32,000 nucleotides of DNA from an uncultured archaeon (GTDB lineage: Archaea; Asgardarchaeota; Lokiarchaeia; Sigyniarchaeales; Promethearchaeaceae): NCBI GenBank assembly GCA_964426185.1, contig CAYRPF010000022.1, positions 7,613-39,612 on the forward strand, given 5' to 3'. Position numbers and translations under genes: made by a program. Of the stretch, positions 28,752-32,000 are shown piece by piece. The notes below the pieces were generated by a model. The model saw nothing but the letters and a program-made list of their open reading frames with translations. It had not been told where the DNA came from and made no database searches. Position 1 is the stretch's first letter; the number at the start of each line of letters is the position of its first letter.

Positions 28752-30662
28752 ATGAAATATGCGGAAAAGCTTGCTGAAATTCTGGCAAAAATAATCGATC
28801 ATCCGGAGCTTACAGCATCCAAATTGAACCGCTTTATCGAATCTGCAAAAAAAAGCGTTGATGCGGATTTCACTATCATTTGTTTTAAGCTTCAAAAAAT
28901 CTTGGGCGAAAAAGGTCCAGTTATAGCTGAAACCGTTGCAAAAAAATTCACTCCCGAAATATTGTCTCAATTTCCTTTAATAACTAGAGTAGAAGCAGAA
29001 GGGGCTTATTTGAATTTCACTATAAATAAATCTATCATGGCTCAAGATGTTATTCGGCTTGTAAATGAAGACGTCCACCAGTATTCGATTTCTCAGCGAG
29101 ATCCCAATTTTCAACCCCAAAAAATTGTTATCGAATATCCTTCTCCAAATACTAATAAACCCTTACATTTTGGCCACGTTCGTAATATGCTTCTTGGTCA
29201 ATCTTTGGCGAAACTTAACCGCAAGATGGGACACAAAGTTTTTGAGACAAATCTTCTCAATGACAGAGGAATTCACATTTGTAAAAGTATGTGGGCTTAT
29301 CAACGATTTGGTAAAGGAAAAACTCCTGAATCTGAAAACCAAAAACCAGATCACTTTGTGGGGGATTATTACGTTAAATTTAATCAAGAAGAAGCCCGTC
29401 GCCGTAAAGAAGTGGAAAATTTAATCAAGGAGCTTGAAACTGAGAAGAAAAAAGATGCACCTGAACAAAATTCTTTAAAAATAACACAATTAGAAGAAGA
29501 AATAGATAAATCTCCATATGGACAGATGCAAAATGAACTTAAACAGATGTTAATTGATTGGGAAAATAATGTTACAGAAGTGCGTGCAATATGGAAAAAA
29601 ATGAATTATTGGGCTGAAAAGGGATTTAAAGAAACATTTTTAAATTTCAAAATTAGCCATGATAAAACGTACTATGAGAGCCAGATTTACGATAAGGGTA
29701 AAAGTTTGGTTCTAAAAGGATTAGAAAATGGCATATTCGAAAAATTCCCTGACGGCGCAGTAATCGTACGCTTTTCTAAGAAGGGTCTACCCAAACAAAA
29801 AGTTTTACTACGCAGTGATGGTACATCACTATACATCACACAAGATCTCTATTTAGCTTATCAGAAATATCAAGATTTTGCTTATAATGAATCCATTTAT
29901 GTGGTTGGAAATGAACAAAATATGCAAATGAAGATTTTATTTGAATTGTTGAGTCAACTCGGGTTACCTACCAACAATGTTCACTACTCATATGGTATGA
30001 TATATCTAAATTCAGGTAAAATGAAATCGCGCGAAGGAAAGGTAGTGGATGCAGATAATGTCATATCAGACTTGACAAAATTGGCAGAAAAGGAAATTTT
30101 AAAAAGAGATCAAAATATCGATGAAGTTGAACTGAAAAATCGGGCGAAGAAAATTGCTATGGCTGCACTCCGTTTCTTTATTTTGAAATATGAGTATTCT
30201 CGGGATTTTCTGTTCGATCCCGAGCAGAGTATCTCCTTTGATGGAGAAACAGGTCCGTATATATTATATGCTTATGCTCGTATTTGTTCAATTTATCGAA
30301 AGGTTAAAGCAAAAGGAATGGATATTCCGTTTGATCCTAATAGAGACATGGTCAATAATGAGTTTAAAATAGAAAAAGTAGATTTCGGTCTCTTGCAAGA
30401 TCAAGAAGAAACAGCATTGATTTACTTACTTCATCAATATCCCCAAAAAATGAGTTATTCTTGCTCAACTCTTCGTCCTCATGAATTAATGCGGTATGTT
30501 CTTGAAGTGGCTCAACAATTCACCCGCTTTTATCATGCTTGTCCAGTATTGAGCGAAGAGACTAAATTGAAGAACGCCCGATTGGCTCTTTGTGAGACCA
30601 CACGGCTTGTAATCAAGGACATCCTTAATTTATTCGAAATTCAAGAATTAATTGAAATGTAA
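28752..30662 (+). CDS. argS: Arginine--tRNA ligase
   Basis: HIGH-like EYPSPNTNKPLHFGHVRN, NDRG, RSDGTSLYITQDL, YVVGNEQ, GKMKSREG, FDGETGPYILYAYAR, FYHACPVL. Confidence 0.96.
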   Translation: MKYAEKLAEILAKIIDHPELTASKLNRFIESAKKSVDADFTIICFKLQKILGEKGPVIAETVAKKFTPEILSQFPLITRVEAEGAYLNFTINKSIMAQDVIRLVNEDVHQYSISQRDPNFQPQKIVIEYPSPNTNKPLHFGHVRNMLLGQSLAKLNRKMGHKVFETNLLNDRGIHICKSMWAYQRFGKGKTPESENQKPDHFVGDYYVKFNQEEARRRKEVENLIKELETEKKKDAPEQNSLKITQLEEEIDKSPYGQMQNELKQMLIDWENNVTEVRAIWKKMNYWAEKGFKETFLNFKISHDKTYYESQIYDKGKSLVLKGLENGIFEKFPDGAVIVRFSKKGLPKQKVLLRSDGTSLYITQDLYLAYQKYQDFAYNESIYVVGNEQNMQMKILFELLSQLGLPTNNVHYSYGMIYLNSGKMKSREGKVVDADNVISDLTKLAEKEILKRDQNIDEVELKNRAKKIAMAALRFFILKYEYSRDFLFDPEQSISFDGETGPYILYAYARICSIYRKVKAKGMDIPFDPNRDMVNNEFKIEKVDFGLLQDQEETALIYLLHQYPQKMSYSCSTLRPHELMRYVLEVAQQFTRFYHACPVLSEETKLKNARLALCETTRLVIKDILNLFEIQELIEM

Positions 30663-30684
30663 TAAGAAGAAAAAATATGTATAG

Positions 30685-31143
30685 TTAAAGTTCATGTTCG
30701 TAGTGATCCCATTCACTCTTTTTTATACCTAATTTCATTAATATTGAAAGGAAATTGGAATCTCCATGCTTTTTGGCATATAGAGATACTTTTTTAATTT
30801 TCATGGTTTTCTTTAAATAACTAAAAAGTTCTCGAAAAATCATTTCTTCAATCCCTTTTTTAAAAGCATCTTCTTTGCGGGTAATCACATCGTGAAGAAC
30901 ACAATGCTGTCGTCCTAAATAATCATTCCAGATACTGAAAAATCCTGCTCCAACAATTTTATCATCTTCTTTTGCGACTACCATAGCATTTCGCAGGCGA
31001 AGATCCCGGCTACGTTCTTCTATTTCCTTGTTGAACTTTTCAAGATCAACTTCACCCACACGATATTCAAATGCTTTCAGTAAAGCTTCCAATTGCTCTT
31101 TATCTTTGCGTGGATTATATCTTGCAATTTTAATTTCTGCCAT
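30685..31143 (-). CDS. GNAT-fold putative acetyltransferase
   Basis: MVVAKEDDKIVGAGF, VLHDVIT, FKKGIEEMIF (degenerate acetyl-CoA motif), LMKLGIK. Confidence 0.6.
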   Translation of the reverse strand: MAEIKIARYNPRKDKEQLEALLKAFEYRVGEVDLEKFNKEIEERSRDLRLRNAMVVAKEDDKIVGAGFFSIWNDYLGRQHCVLHDVITRKEDAFKKGIEEMIFRELFSYLKKTMKIKKVSLYAKKHGDSNFLSILMKLGIKKSEWDHYEHEL

Positions 31144-31224
31144 ATTAATCTTCCTATAATATTTTCTATATTTCTCTATTAGTATCTATCTTTAAAAAAA
31201 ATGATGCTCAAAATTTAATATAAC

Positions 31225-31707
31225 ATGAAAATTCCAATTAAGAAATGGACTTCAAGAGCTAAATTGCCTAAAATTGCTAAAAATGGAGACGCGGGCGCCG
31301 ACTGCTTCATTCATGGGTTTAAAAGAATTGTGAATTCCACAGAAAAGATTTTAGAAGAACTTGAGGTAGATGAGTACACTCTTCAACCATTAGAACGAAT
31401 TTTATGTCCATTGGGATTTGCTACTGCGATACCCGAAGGATTTTATGCCGCAGTTGTCCCAAGGAGTGGACTTTCACTGTGGAAAGGGTTATCAATTGTT
31501 AATTCTCCTGGTACCATTGATGCGGGTTATCGTAACGAATGGGGTGCTATTGTAGTAAACATATCCAATTCGCCAGTGACTTTGCATAAAGGTGATAAAA
31601 TCTGCCAACTGATAATTCGCAAAATGGTGGATTATGAATTCGATGAAGTTACCGAATTACCGAGTTCGGAACGGGGTTTGGGTGGTTTTGGTTCGACGGG
31701 GTATTAA
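31225..31707 (+). CDS. dut: Trimeric dUTP diphosphatase
   Basis: All five motifs: DAGAD, PRSGL, NSPGTIDAGYRNE, GDKICQL, RGLGGFGSTG. Confidence 0.95.
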   Translation: MKIPIKKWTSRAKLPKIAKNGDAGADCFIHGFKRIVNSTEKILEELEVDEYTLQPLERILCPLGFATAIPEGFYAAVVPRSGLSLWKGLSIVNSPGTIDAGYRNEWGAIVVNISNSPVTLHKGDKICQLIIRKMVDYEFDEVTELPSSERGLGGFGSTGY

Positions 31708-31775
31708 ACTTAACGTAGTTCACTTGTACTGCGCTTAAATCTCAGGATAAAAGCCTCTGCATACGAGCACTTAAT

Positions 31776-31808
31776 TTGTATTACACTTGTATCACATTTG
31801 TATTACCA
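31776..31808. repeat. Three tandem imperfect 11-bp repeats
   Basis: TTGTATTACAC / TTGTATCACAT / TTGTATTACCA. Confidence 0.6.
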
Positions 31809-32000
31809 GCCAATTTTTGGAAGAAGTGAAAAAGGTATTCTCATTGATTGGAATTATAAAAATAACGAATTGATGAAAAACTATTCCACAGCTAATTTTA
31901 AAATGATCAAATATGATCATTCATCACAACGTTAAAATATATCTTCATGAAATTTATCCATATGTTAACAATCTCAGAATCTGCCGCCTTAATCGGCGTC

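Noticed and set aside
183-30372. Numerous 60-120 aa track ORFs nested in or antisense to larger genes (e.g. 183-440, 981-1220, 9350-9574, 11960-12250, 23623-23925, 29065-29424)
   Set aside because: They are shadow frames of well-supported CDS with no motifs of their own.
31225-31707. dUTPase as a marker of a provirus
   Set aside because: Flanking genes are housekeeping; there is no integrase, capsid or att site in the window.
31710-32000. Partial CDS at the right edge
   Set aside because: Only short open frames without recognisable motifs on either strand.
1-32000. rRNA, tRNA, CRISPR array or IS element
   Set aside because: No GC-rich structural RNA block, cloverleaf, repeat-spacer array or transposase ORF was seen; tRNAscan-SE and Infernal would be the definitive check.

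Overview
AT-rich (roughly one-third GC by eye), gene-dense prokaryotic chromosome segment, almost certainly from an Asgard archaeon (Lokiarchaeia/Promethearchaeum-like). This rests on a group II chaperonin, archaeal/eukaryotic-type ProRS, a TrmB regulator and tungsten-type AOR, together with eukaryotic-signature-like proteins: a truncated ESCRT-III-like protein at the left edge and two longin-like domain fusions. It contains about 29 CDS. Housekeeping genes: ROK kinase, thermosome, purE, proS, rpiA, argS, dut. Amino-acid/aldehyde catabolism: tryptophanase, AOR plus MoaD, Fe-ADH, esterase. There is also a single-chain restriction-modification enzyme, an unannotated 47-aa tail-anchored protein and two decayed genes. 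I found no rRNA, tRNA, CRISPR array or transposase. The best candidate for an undescribed system is a pair of sensor-longin fusions (7TM-longin and CBS-longin) that could couple membrane and energy signals to small GTPases. Next are the ESCRT-III-like protein with tandem MIM2/MIM1-like motifs and a beta-helix/multi-TM protein coupled to a wHTH regulator. All family assignments come from motif recognition by eye; no searches were run.
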